Below are positions 30,645 to 41,055 of a DNA stretch of 64,000 nucleotides, in pieces. A program made the position numbers and the translations under genes. Every line of letters starts with the position of its first letter. Within the stretch, counting starts at the first letter, position 1. Under the pieces are notes generated by a model, which was given only the letters and a program-made list of their open reading frames with translations, was not told where the DNA came from and ran no database searches. This DNA is from Nitrospirota bacterium (GTDB lineage Bacteria; Nitrospirota; Nitrospiria; Nitrospirales; Nitrospiraceae): NCBI GenBank assembly GCA_963701855.1, contig CAVPBK010000006.1, positions 1,536,001 through 1,600,000 of the forward strand, given 5' to 3'.

Positions 30645-31434
30645 TTATATGCCTGCGTACCATTCATATCCTTGATCTTCCCAGTATCCACCTTTCCCTC
30701 CTCCGATACCGGAAAGCGTCTCCACCAATTCGATCATCATCACATATTTGGCATGCTTGTAGCCAAGCTGCCGTTCGAAGCGGAGACGGAGCGGCGCACC
30801 ATGCGGTACATCGAGGGGATTGCCCGTTGAGCTCATAGGCCAGGATCGTTTGCGGGTGATAGCAATCGGCCAGGACCATGCTCTCGTAGTAGGCCACGCC
30901 TTCATCGTCCACATCGGCGCAATGGAAGACGGCGAACTCGGCATTCGGCAACGGCTGAACCGTATGCATCAGGTTGCCGAGCGGGACACCGGTCCACTTG
31001 CCGATGGCGCTCCAGCCTTCGACGCAGTCGTGGCGAGTGATTTGTGTCCGCGATGGTAACTCTTTGAGCGCCGCGAGCGACCAACTCGTAGGAGCCTGAA
31101 CCAAGCCGCCGATCACGACCGTCCATTCAGCAAACTTCTGCGCCACGTGCTCGGCATAGTCATCCGTGCCCGGATCGGTATTCCCGTTCGCCGGAAACAC
31201 CTTCGAGATGTCGGCGTCCCCATATTCTTTGGCGAGGGCGTTCGTGGGCGTGACGGCCCGTTGGACTCGTTCAGTCAGTTTCTCCGTCTTGCTCAAGACC
31301 GAAGGGAACCAACTGCTCTGCGTCAGGTTGTCGCAGCCGGCAAGGGCCACGAGACTTGCGGCCCCTAACGTCCCTTTCAGAAACTGTCTCCGTTCCATTG
31401 CACGTTCATGCTTCACGACTCGCTCCTTCTTCAT
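30645..31434 (-). pseudogene. MsrP/sulfite-oxidase-family molybdopterin oxidoreductase, frameshifted near 30820
   Basis: Tat motif ERRQFLK, RHDCVEGWS, HPQTILAY; other frame HGAPLRLR..QLGYKHAKY...GGYWEDQGYEWYAGI. Confidence 0.85.
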
Positions 31435-32310
31435 GCTTCACCACAAACCATCCCGTCACCATCGACCGGATGTTGTTGACGAATCCGGTCAGGATCACTT
31501 GCAATACGTGAATGACGATAAACCCAACGAAGGAGAAACACGCGATGAAGTGAATCGTCCGGGCCGCCTGCCGTCCACCGAAGATCGTGAGCAGCCAGGG
31601 GAACGCCGTATCGATCATGGGCGACATCGTGAGGCCTGTCAAAACGATCAGTGGCGCCACCACAAACAGAATGACTACATAGGCGAGTTTCTGCAGCACG
31701 TTGTACCGCTTGGCCTCCTCACCGTTGGGATGCCGGAAGACCATGTGATCTTTGACCGCCTTGCCGATGCCACGTAGTTCCTTGCCGGTCGGAGCCAGAT
31801 CGCGCGTGGCATGCCGGCTGATCAGCGCATAGGTCGTGAAGAATAGCCCATTGATGACGAGGAGCCATGCGAAGAACAGGTGCCATTGCCGACCCATCGC
31901 CAGAAATCTGGCGCTTGGAACGGTCGCCCAAGCAGGAAAGGCACGGCGCGAGCCATCCGAATAGCCGAGAACGCCTGTTGTGTCGAATTTGTAACCCAAA
32001 ATAGTCGTGATGCCACGGATCTCTCCGCTTTCGGTCTTCACAGGGCGAATCGAGAGTAACGGCTGGTCACGATCAGAACGATCGCCCAATAGAGGGCGGG
32101 ATGCGCGTTGAAAATTTGGAGTCCGCTCATGATCAGGATGATAAGAATAGGAACATTGAGCCAATGGCTGATTCGTACGGGTAGTCGATGGCGGTAGACC
32201 TTCTCGGCCACCGGGGCTAAAGCAGGCCGTATAGATGGGACATCACGCTGGTTCGCGGTGAGACCAGCGGAAGCCGAGGGTCCTTCGAGTGGAAAAGGTT
32301 CGGACCTCAT
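31406..32310 (-). pseudogene. Cytochrome b/b6 membrane partner, frameshifted near 32088
   Basis: RISHWLN..MSGLQIFNAHPALYW / GDRSD...WHLFFAW...YNVLQKLAY...ARTIHF. Confidence 0.85.
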
Positions 32311-32439
32311 CGTGAGTTCCGCGACCGGCCGCTCTCCCGACCTTGACCGATTCTAGATCCTTCGTGAATCAGTGAGGCCATGATCGTGTCTCCTCTGGCT
32401 TGGAATGAGGATCGAACAGGCAAAGGCCGGATAAGAAAC

Positions 32440-32604
32440 CTACTTTCTCATGGCTCCCTTCATCTCACCTTTCATGTCGTCCTTCATTCCCTTCATTTCG
32501 CCCTTCATCTCATCCTTCATTTTTCCCATGTCTTCGGCAAATGAAAGAGAGCTGAAACCTACCAGACCCATTACTGCTATGAGTGACAGCATGATCTTTT
32601 TCAT
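32440..32604 (-). CDS. Secreted Met/Lys-rich peptide (MXKDX/MrpX-like), 54 aa, absent from the ORF track
   Basis: MKKIMLSLIAVMGLVGFSSLSFA-EDMGKMKDEMKGEMKGMKDDMKGEMKGAMRK*; GAAGG RBS; first gene of the operon. Confidence 0.85.
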   Translation of the reverse strand: MKKIMLSLIAVMGLVGFSSLSFAEDMGKMKDEMKGEMKGMKDDMKGEMKGAMRK

Positions 32605-33148
32605 CGAAAACCTTCTATGTGTTAGTAAGTGACAAATGACCTGACCCAGCCTGCGCTCTTCGAATATCTAAATCAACACATCACCCGAAGAACCAACCGG
32701 AATCGACCGGTCCCAGTCATCGCAGTTGGTCGTAGCGACACTCACAAAGACAAAATGATCCACATTGATCGAGCGTGCGAGCCGAAATGATTTGTTTTTG
32801 ACCCTCAGGCGAGGGTACGCTGATGCCCGCACAAAATCGAGAAGGCCCCCCCACGTTCTGCGCTAGGGTTTTTGACAACCATGCCTACCTGACTTGCGCC
32901 TTGAGAAAACAGAGCATCTACAGGCTTCAGTATCAGTTTACAACTCGACCGGCTCCACACGTTTGATATGTGGATGCCACAGTCTATTTCGTAGGTTCTG
33001 AGCGCATGTAGGTGCGATTCGAAGAACTGGATTAGAAACTGGATTGTTGAGGGGTTTTAGGAGATACGACTGAGAGGAATAACCTTGACCCTCCCCTGAT
33101 TTCACAGCCACCTCCATACGGGGGAGAATGATGAAATTGGAGGTCAGT

Positions 33149-33445
33149 ATGCCCAAAACAACCCGGCGTCAGTTTACCGACGCATTCAAGTCCGAGGCCG
33201 TACGGCTCACGCGGGAATCGGGTCGGCCGGTGGCCCAGGTGGCGCGGGAGCTCGGAATTTCGGACAATGTGCTATATCGCTGGAGGAGTGAGCAGCAACA
33301 GGTCGAATCCCAGGGCCGCACGCGCCAGGCGGTGCGCACTGAGCAGGATGAACTGACACGACTGAAACGGGAAAATGAGACGCTGCGGAAGGAACGGGAT
33401 TTTTTACAACGTGCGGCGGCGTTCTTCGCGAGGGAATGCGAATGA
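33149..33445 (+). CDS. IS3 transposase OrfA
   Basis: RRQFTDAFKSEAV...VARELGI..LYRW, leucine zipper. Confidence 0.92.
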   Translation: MPKTTRRQFTDAFKSEAVRLTRESGRPVAQVARELGISDNVLYRWRSEQQQVESQGRTRQAVRTEQDELTRLKRENETLRKERDFLQRAAAFFARECE

Positions 33446-34305
33446 AATACCTCGCGATCCAGGAGCACGACCGTCGCTATCCGATCCGGCCGATGTGCCG
33501 CGCCCTTGCCGTCTCGGCTGCGGGCTATTACGCGTGGCGCTCACGGCCTGAAAGTACCCGATCAGTGTCTGCCCGGACCGTGCTCTCAGCCATCCGGGTG
33601 ATCCATCGAGAGTCCCGTGAGACCTACGGCAGTCCTAGCATCTGGGATGCCCTGGTCAAGCAGGGACACCGCATTGGCGAGCATCGCGTCGCCCGGCTGA
33701 TGCGCCAGGACGGCATCCGGGCCAAGACCGTGAAGAAGTGGCGTGCCACCACCCAGTCCCAGCATCGGTTCCCCGTGGCGGCGAACACCCTCAATCGCCA
33801 GTTCACGGTCGAGTCTCCGAATCGGGTGTGGGCCGGGGACCTCACCTACGTGTGGACCACAGAGGGCTGGCTCTACCTGGCCGTGATCCTCGATCTGTAC
33901 TCGCGCCTCGTGATCGGCTGGGCGATGGGCCACCGGCTGACCGTGGAACTGGCCGAGCAGGCCCTCACGATGGCGCTGGTAAACCGGAACCCAAGGGCCG
34001 GGCTTCTGCACCACTCGGATCGCGGGAGTCAGTATGCGGCTACGCGCTACCAGCGTCTGCTCGGCGAGCACGGCATCACCCCCAGCATGAGCCGCACCGG
34101 CAACTGCTGGGACAACGCCTGTGTCGAACGCTTCTTCGGGACCCTTAAGCGCGAGCTCGTGTCCCATCGGCGCTATGCAACCCGTGACGACGCGACACGG
34201 GATATCTTTGAGTACATTGAGGTGTTCTATAACCGGAGACGCCGTCACTCGACCCTCGGCGATGACTCCCCGACCGAGTACGAAGCGAGGACGGAGGTGG
34301 CTTAA
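33442..34305 (+). CDS. IS3 transposase OrfB (DDE)
   Basis: [27 protein letters not shown]. Confidence 0.92.
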   Translation: MKYLAIQEHDRRYPIRPMCRALAVSAAGYYAWRSRPESTRSVSARTVLSAIRVIHRESRETYGSPSIWDALVKQGHRIGEHRVARLMRQDGIRAKTVKKWRATTQSQHRFPVAANTLNRQFTVESPNRVWAGDLTYVWTTEGWLYLAVILDLYSRLVIGWAMGHRLTVELAEQALTMALVNRNPRAGLLHHSDRGSQYAATRYQRLLGEHGITPSMSRTGNCWDNACVERFFGTLKRELVSHRRYATRDDATRDIFEYIEVFYNRRRRHSTLGDDSPTEYEARTEVA

Positions 34306-34363
34306 CCCGGTGTCCACGGAATTGGGGGAAGGTCACCTCCTTGTTAGGTTTTTCCGGTAGTGG

Positions 34364-34576
34364 TCAGTTGGAATTAATCAACGCTTTGGCCTTTGCTAGA
34401 GCGGCTGCTTCTGCGTCTTGGCGGGAATGGAAGCTACCATCTGCATAGCCACTTCGCTTTCCCATGTCAGTATTGCCGAATTTCGCAACCACATACTGAC
34501 ATGTCCATATCCCGGCATCTTGGTGGCCTGACCTCAATGTAATTTTGTGACCATTATAATATTCATCCAATTTCAT
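34364..34576 (-). CDS. Small hypothetical protein
   Basis: AAGGAGG RBS; YNGHKITL...F.SRQDAEAAAL..AKALI. Confidence 0.6.
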   Translation of the reverse strand: MKLDEYYNGHKITLRSGHQDAGIWTCQYVVAKFGNTDMGKRSGYADGSFHSRQDAEAAALAKAKALINSN

Positions 34577-34631
34577 GCCCTCCTTTACCCAACTAATCCC
34601 GCAATCCAAACTGACCCCCTACCGCTTAATC

Positions 34632-34862
34632 TCACTTCTGTTTCGCCACAATCTTGTGCCTGATCTGCTCATCCGTGGTTCGCGGAAGAATCTTCTTCTC
34701 CATCAACTCATCGTTCTGCTGGTATGGTCGGCCCTTGATGAGTTTCCCGGGGTAGACCTGGCCAATACCGAGGACAATGGACCAACCAAGCGGGGCGGAA
34801 ACCACAAGTCCAATGACGGCCAGTAGGAAGCTTCCTCCGACAAGCGCGCGTAGAGTGGTCAT
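34632..34862 (-). CDS. Small membrane hypothetical protein
   Basis: AAGGAGG RBS; N-terminal hydrophobic segment. Confidence 0.45.
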   Translation of the reverse strand: MTTLRALVGGSFLLAVIGLVVSAPLGWSIVLGIGQVYPGKLIKGRPYQQNDELMEKKILPRTTDEQIRHKIVAKQK

Positions 34863-34983
34863 GATGACGCCTCCTTGCAACTCAGCTTGTGAATGTTCGC
34901 TCTATGAAAAGAATAGCGGTGCGAGGCATGGGGCGAAAGACCCGAAGGTAGTACTTCGGAGGGGGGGTCTTGTGTCGTTGGAA

Positions 34984-35361
34984 TTATCGACCGAGGTGTT
35001 GAATCGTCGTGGCTTCGACACAGATGCGGAGGGGGAGGTTCCCACTGTTTCGAAACACGTGAATTTGCGCGGTTACTTGGATCCGGTCTCCGTTTCTCAA
35101 AGGCTCAATCAGACGATTCGAGCGACGGATCGCCACGTCAATGGAGCCGGTGTCATCTTGCAGCGTGAAGGAGGAACTCCCACACCTCCCTCCTAATTCA
35201 TTCTGACGCGAACGCGACAGATGGACCACGCCTTGGAGTGTCACCAGTTCCAAATTGGAGGAGTCGGCAGACGAGCTGAGGCTCCCGATGGAAACCTGGC
35301 CCCACGCCTCGGTGGTGACCACCAGCAGGATGCCCAACAATCCAGATCGCACAGGTCCCAT
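34984..35361 (-). CDS. Secreted OB-fold protein
   Basis: Signal peptide; FTLQDDTGSIDV, GDRIQVTA. Confidence 0.7.
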   Translation of the reverse strand: MGPVRSGLLGILLVVTTEAWGQVSIGSLSSSADSSNLELVTLQGVVHLSRSRQNELGGRCGSSSFTLQDDTGSIDVAIRRSNRLIEPLRNGDRIQVTAQIHVFRNSGNLPLRICVEATTIQHLGR

Positions 35362-35629
35362 GGAATGTTCCTTCCTCGGTTCAAGTGTAGCAGAAGCTCA
35401 TCGATTGATGTGTCTGCACTTGTCATAGCCGTGCGTCTGGATCGTGATGTCCTCCGCTCGCGGTTCCACCGCCCGCTCTCCTGGGGCAGGTCACGCGCTT
35501 GCGTCCACGACACAACCGACCAGGCAGGAGTGTCCCACTGTGTATTGATCCATACAAGGTTAACCGGTCCATTAGGATTGACAGGTTGCCAGAAGAGCCG
35601 TAGGCTGATCGGACTTGGGAGTGAGCGGA

Positions 35630-36250
35630 ATGATCAAAAGGACTGACTGCATGGGACTAGTCTTGGGCAGCCTCCTCATGACACTGGGCTGCTCGACGGC
35701 GCCAACGCCCGCAACGAGCCCCGATGCCGTGCGGCAACATGCCGACAAGGCCTTTCAACAGCTGAACGCGCAGGAGCATGCGCAGCAACAAAGCGACCCC
35801 CAATCCTCACCCCAAGCCTCGGCTCCTGGAGACACCACAGCCATGCCCGCACCGTCTATTGAGAAGGAGGCGCAGGTTCCATTGGCCGAGATTGGCTCAT
35901 CCGATGGCGAATACATCCGAGCCACGGGGTATGGCAATCTCACGAGGGGGCTCTACCTTTGCCAGCATTCGGCTGATCTGGCTGCGCGTGTCGAACTCTC
36001 CAAGCTGGCTCATGTAAAGGTGACGGAACGATCGACCGACCGCATCCGCGAACGGACAGGAAAAGAGGCGGAGCAGGATATCGAAGTCGTCCGTGAAGGG
36101 CTGGTCAACGAGGTGCTGAGCGACGTGCGGATCGTGGACCGCAACGTGAACAAGGAGGCCGGCACCTGTTCAAGCACCGCCGCGATTCCCAAACGGAATC
36201 TCTTCCCCACGCCGGCCGGTTCTGATGCCAGGACCTCCGCGCCCCGGTAA
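35630..36250 (+). CDS. LPP20-like lipoprotein
   Basis: TLGC lipobox; ATGYG...ADLAARVELSK. Confidence 0.7.
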   Translation: MIKRTDCMGLVLGSLLMTLGCSTAPTPATSPDAVRQHADKAFQQLNAQEHAQQQSDPQSSPQASAPGDTTAMPAPSIEKEAQVPLAEIGSSDGEYIRATGYGNLTRGLYLCQHSADLAARVELSKLAHVKVTERSTDRIRERTGKEAEQDIEVVREGLVNEVLSDVRIVDRNVNKEAGTCSSTAAIPKRNLFPTPAGSDARTSAPR

Positions 36251-36274
36251 GCGAACAGGATTGTTTACGCACCG

Positions 36275-37495
36275 CTAACGACCGCGATGTCCGCCGCCGA
36301 CGTGACCACCCCCGCTGGAACGCCCACCCATTCCGCCAAAGTGCTGAGGATTTATTTGCTGGTTTGAGTAGGGTGCGGAATAAGGCGCGCGAAGCACCGG
36401 AGGGTTAGGTTGCGCGAAATGGGGCGGATGAACCTGCTGCAGCGTCGGGGGCAGAGGGGTGGAGAAGTGCTGCGGCGTCGGCGTGGTCGAAGGATCCGAC
36501 CCCAATGACTGATTCAGATGCGTTGGGGGGGTGAGATGCTGCGGGGCAGACGGCGGCACAAGCAGGGAGGCACGCGGCGGTATTGGCGACGAGAGTCCGG
36601 GCGCGGCCCCTGAGGGAACGGCTCCGCGCTGCACCGTCACGACCTGTTGCAACGTTCGAAGATGACGATTTTGCGGATTGATCTGTCCCGCTTGGAGCAG
36701 CAGTCCGTGAACTTGCTGCACACCGATCCATGGATAGGGGTAGACGATCGGCCTCACATAGACCCAATCGGTCCAGGCTTGGGACACGAGGGCATTGGTT
36801 TGCAGCTGGTTTAACAGGTCCTGGCGTTGCTGATTGAGCGTCTGAACCTCACTGGGCGAGACGGCGGTGGTTAATGCCTGATTGGCGGCATCGAGCTGTT
36901 GATGCAATTGATCCGTTTCGGCTCGGAGCGCTACAAGCTCCTGTTTCGCGCTCTCATTGTCTCGAAGTGCGGCGATTGCCTGAGCGACTTCATTGGGATC
37001 CACTTGCGCCGTGAGATCGGCCTGGATCACCACGGTCTCTCCCTCAAGTCGTGTGCTGATCTCCTGATTCAACACCATGACGATGCCGGCGGTATAGGTC
37101 CGAATGTCATCCCGTGTGACGTCCAAATTTTTGACTTCAGTTACGCTCTCGAGGTAGGTCGCAACCTGCTCAAGCGCCTGTCTCTTTGCCGCTTCAATGG
37201 CTAATCGGACGGCGTCCGCTCGGGTGTCGTGATCGCCCATGCGATACTCACCGCTCGCGGTGACGACCCGGATGGCCGCCGGAAGAGAGTTTGGTGCTTC
37301 GGCCCCAACAGGTGAGGAGGTATCGGAATCGAGAGGGACGACTCGACTGCGATATTTCTCCGGGACCGAGTACAGCTCGGTGGTGAAATTCGGGGTGCCT
37401 GAGTCGTCTTTATATGTGTAGATTTGACTGGCGGCAAAACTGTGAGACACAGCAAACACGAACGAAAGCATGAGCATCTGGCCGAATACCAGCAT
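36275..37495 (-). CDS. Secreted DUF4124-type N-domain protein with coiled coil and Pro/Gly-rich tail
   Basis: IYTYKDDSGTPNFT...VPEKYR; AIEAAKRQALEQ. Confidence 0.75.
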   Translation of the reverse strand: MLVFGQMLMLSFVFAVSHSFAASQIYTYKDDSGTPNFTTELYSVPEKYRSRVVPLDSDTSSPVGAEAPNSLPAAIRVVTASGEYRMGDHDTRADAVRLAIEAAKRQALEQVATYLESVTEVKNLDVTRDDIRTYTAGIVMVLNQEISTRLEGETVVIQADLTAQVDPNEVAQAIAALRDNESAKQELVALRAETDQLHQQLDAANQALTTAVSPSEVQTLNQQRQDLLNQLQTNALVSQAWTDWVYVRPIVYPYPWIGVQQVHGLLLQAGQINPQNRHLRTLQQVVTVQRGAVPSGAAPGLSSPIPPRASLLVPPSAPQHLTPPTHLNQSLGSDPSTTPTPQHFSTPLPPTLQQVHPPHFAQPNPPVLRAPYSAPYSNQQINPQHFGGMGGRSSGGGHVGGGHRGR

Positions 37496-37784
37496 GAATG
37501 TGCCTCACAATAATACACTCTCAATTGTACCATAGACTTGGTCAGCTCTCTGATGCCGCCGATGTGGCCGCGAAGTTGAGAGGAAAACCCTGGGAGTAGT
37601 GCTCTGAAACTATGTCACACTTTCCGCTATAGGTGCTCTGCTCCGCTGAACGTCGTTCCCGCTATTCTCCCTTCCCCTACGTCAGAAGTGTCCAGCACTC
37701 ACTCTGAATATTGATCCACAGAGGTGGCGAGGTACTGGAGGAGCCAAGTTGCTCAACATAGATATGTGCACACCGATACTGCGC

Positions 37785-37979
37785 CTGCGTCACCAGAGCC
37801 AGATGCACAGACAGAGCCCCACTCCGATCGCGCAACACCTGCCAGTCTTCTTCTTACAAAATAAGAAAAATGGGGCCCTGACCCGGACCAGCCCCTCAAA
37901 TCGGGGAGAGGAGCTCCGTCTACAACGGGTATCGAATTCTCGGGCGCGAAGTGAGCGTCAAATCAGCGAATGAGAAGAG
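37785..37979. repeat. ~195-bp non-coding direct repeat, copy 2
   Basis: Matches 30375-30568. Confidence 0.9.
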
Positions 37980-38409
37980 ACACCAGAATAGACAGCTCAG
38001 TCCCGCCTGAAAAATGCTAATAAGATTTTTGGACAAACTGATGGTGTGGGAATGATTGAGAGTGACAATCCCGTTATCAATCATAGGGTTCTGATAGATT
38101 ACTTCGTGCGTCTTCGCGTCCCGGCTTCATTTGGCCAGTCCGTGTAACCTTTTTACTAGTCGGAGCAACTTGATGAATAAGGGGTGAAGTAGCAACACGG
38201 ACGAGTTGGTTCAACAGGCGCTCTATTTCATCAAAAAAATCCTATGAAGCGTGGAACGATAATACTTCTCGGGGTTGCGGCGGGCACGATGCTATTGGGA
38301 ATGGCGACCCCATTTGCCTGGGCGGACGTGGGGGCAGCTTGCAGGGACGGTGGCCAGGCGTTCGGCGAGGATAACCCTCTGAACCTCTTCAAAACCCAGC
38401 GGGAACAAC

Positions 38410-38721
38410 ATGGTCTTGAGCCGTGAGCAATCGATTACGCTGTTCCACATCCTCCAAGAGGGCTTGACCAACGTGGCGCGGCATGCTCAAGCCACCAACG
38501 TCCACATCAGGTTGGAACAATCTGGTGAGCCTGTGTCGTTGCAAGTCGAAGACAACGGTAGAGGTATCACCGGTGTGGAGCAGTCCGGACCGAAAGCATT
38601 CGGTCTGCTGGGCATACGCCTCCGGGCCCAACAGCAAGGCGGTGCCTTCGACATCCAGGGCATGTCGGGAACTGGCACAACGGTCACCCGTCCAGATCCC
38701 ACTATATCGGACCACCGATGA
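38410..38721 (+). pseudogene. HATPase-only fragment of a NarX/UhpB-type kinase
   Basis: QEGLTNVARHAQA, VEDNGRG, FGLLGIRLRA; no H-box or sensor domain. Confidence 0.8.
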
Positions 38722-39356
38722 TTAACATTCTCCTAACAGACGATCACCCGTACCTGCGCCGCGGCCTGGTCCAGATTTTCATCGATGAATTCCCTGGGGC
38801 CGTAATAGGCGAAGCCTCGAATGTCTCCGAACTGCTCGAGCAGGCTCAGAAACAGCGGTGGGACGTGGTCGTGCTGGATCTGAATATGCCCGGGCGTGGC
38901 GGGCTGGAGGCCTTACACGAACTGAGAGTGCTCTGCCCGAGCCTTCCCGTGTTGGTGTTGAGCATGCATCCCGAAGACCAGTTTGCCATACGGGTGCTGC
39001 GGGCCGGGGGGGCCGGGTACCTGACGAAGGAAAGCGCCCCGCAGGAATTAGTTCATGCCATCAAGGCCATCTGGAGGGGAGGAAAATACATCACGCCCAA
39101 AGCGGCCGAACTTCTCGCGGCACACATGTATCAACACGGCGACAGCGAACAGCCGCTTCACCATTCCTTGTCTGATCGTGAGTACCAGGTGTTCAGCTTG
39201 ATCGCAGCCGGACGCACGATTACTGACATCTCCGATCAACTCGCCCTCAGCGTCAAAACCATCAGCACCTATCGTTCCCGCATTCTCACAAAGCTCAATT
39301 TCAAAACGAATGCGGACTTGGCGCGCTACGCGGTTCAGCATCACATCGTGGAATGA
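38718..39356 (+). CDS. NarL/UvrY-family response regulator
   Basis: DDH, DLNMP, GYLTK, LSDREYQV, TISTYRSRI. Confidence 0.95.
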   Translation: MINILLTDDHPYLRRGLVQIFIDEFPGAVIGEASNVSELLEQAQKQRWDVVVLDLNMPGRGGLEALHELRVLCPSLPVLVLSMHPEDQFAIRVLRAGGAGYLTKESAPQELVHAIKAIWRGGKYITPKAAELLAAHMYQHGDSEQPLHHSLSDREYQVFSLIAAGRTITDISDQLALSVKTISTYRSRILTKLNFKTNADLARYAVQHHIVE

Positions 39357-39654
39357 CCACATCTGTTGTTCTACCATGTAACGTCCTAGGGTAATTCACT
39401 GTCTTTCGGCATATACATCCTGCTTTCCTTCGCTGGCCGATCCTTCTTTCACCAGACAGGTCCCACAGACAACAACGGCCAATTCCCACACACACGAGCG
39501 ACGTAATCTGATCCTTCTCGATGAGAGGATGGTGTGTACTTCGGCTCACGGGCCATTGGTGACAATGGCCGCTGGCGCGTTGTGACGGGCCACACAGGGT
39601 AAGCATGTTCAGTGCGTGCGATCGGAGCCTACTGGAGAAAACGGAGGACTCGAG

Positions 39655-39867
39655 ATGAGTTGTCCACGCTGCGGAGGAGTGTTGGCTGCCGAGCTGACGG
39701 AGGCGATGGTCGAATTGGTCTGTGAACGGTTTGTCATCGAGGGCCGACACTGCCATTGCGACGACATCGAAGATCCTGTGCACACGCATCTGCTCCGGGA
39801 GATTATTGTAGAGGTGATTGTTGAAGAGGGGCGTGAACCCACTCAACTGGAATGGAGGCTGCCATGA
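39655..39867 (+). CDS. Small Cys-rich protein
   Basis: GGAGG RBS; MSCPRCGG...CHC. Confidence 0.6.
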   Translation: MSCPRCGGVLAAELTEAMVELVCERFVIEGRHCHCDDIEDPVHTHLLREIIVEVIVEEGREPTQLEWRLP

Positions 39868-40277
39868 TTGGCTATGGGAAACGCGTGCTGGTCGTTGATG
39901 ACAATGAGCGAGAGCGGCAGGAGACGGCCTTTGTGTTGGAGCAAGCTGGCTTCGCGGTGGTGCTGGCTTGTGACGGTCTGCTCGCGTTGAGCGAAATGCG
40001 ACAGCGACGATTTGATGCTGTGGTGACCGATTTCCACATGCCCCGCCTGAACGGGCTCGAGTTCTTAGCGCAGAGTCGGCTCCTCTGGTCCGCTACTCCG
40101 GTCATTATTCTCTCGAGGGGCGAGTGGGATATGAGTGAAATGGCGACGGCACAAGGAGCGTTTGCCTGGATTTGCAAGTCATCTGATCCCGGTATTCTGT
40201 TGAGTATGCTCACCCTGGCTGTGAAGCAGAGCGTGGAATGGGAAGCCCAGCCCCCAATGGAGTGGGTGGGTGCATAG
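39864..40277 (+). CDS. Single-domain response regulator
   Basis: VLVVDD, TDFHMPRLNG, conserved K. Confidence 0.9.
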   Translation: MIGYGKRVLVVDDNERERQETAFVLEQAGFAVVLACDGLLALSEMRQRRFDAVVTDFHMPRLNGLEFLAQSRLLWSATPVIILSRGEWDMSEMATAQGAFAWICKSSDPGILLSMLTLAVKQSVEWEAQPPMEWVGA

Positions 40278-40312
40278 GAACGTCGGTGCGGAAAAAACGG
40301 GAGGAGCACATC

Positions 40313-40573
40313 ATGGCCACAGGACATGCGGATGCAGACGAGACTGTGCTGAACATGCTGCACCGATGTGAGGTGCTCATGCTGGAAGACCTCATCACCG
40401 GGCGACCGGATTTCAGTTGGGCACAATTGTTTCTCGCTATCGACCGGCTGAGCCGAACAAACGTGATCGCGCTCCGTCGAATCGGCCTGAGCTACGAAAT
40501 TTGCCCGACGAACCCCGCGTGGCCCCTCGGTCACACGCCTCAGCGTCAAGAACCGGTTGTGCAGCAACGGTGA
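40313..40573 (+). CDS. Small winged-helix-like hypothetical protein
   Basis: GGAGG RBS; FSWAQLFLAIDRLSR. Confidence 0.7.
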   Translation: MATGHADADETVLNMLHRCEVLMLEDLITGRPDFSWAQLFLAIDRLSRTNVIALRRIGLSYEICPTNPAWPLGHTPQRQEPVVQQR

Positions 40574-41055
40574 CGAGCCAGAAGTATGCGAAATGGTGTT
40601 TGGACTCAAGGGGGTATGGAGCGCGAGCCTCAACGAGTCTGGGCAGAACTGAGAGGAACTGCCATGAGATTCGGCGTCATCGTGTCCGCCGTCATGGTCA
40701 GTGTGAGGCACGGCTCCCTGATGATCCCACTTCGTATCTGGAATGGACTCCCTCGGCAGTGCGACACGCCTGATTGCTGAAATCCGGTCGGCGCGACAGT
40801 TTTCAGAATCTATGCTCCCCGTTATCGCGAGCCGCCCCGGATGGTCAGTTGGTCGAGTGAGTCCGTACCCGTCATGTACCCGCCCATCAGGGCAGCTGAG
40901 GGCGCAGGACCACACTCCCCGGGGTTCGCACACTCTACTAGCGCTGAGCTGAAATGGCCGGGATCGATTGGGGTATCTGGGTGCCCGGCGCCGCACGCGG
41001 CTCTCCGATCGACCGGCTATGGCCTGACCAATATTTTCTGAAAGGATACGTCTCT

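Larger units (their letters stand above)
33086..34335 (+). mobile_element. IS3-family insertion sequence, apparently complete, 1250 bp
   Basis: IRs TGACCCTCCCCTGATTTC / GAATTGGGGGAAGGTCA; CCT target duplication (33083-85, 34336-38). Confidence 0.95.

Noticed and set aside
39872..40996. 374-aa minus-strand ORF (also 42774-43796, 33586-34317, 16476-17273)
   Set aside because: Antisense shadows of better-supported plus-strand genes
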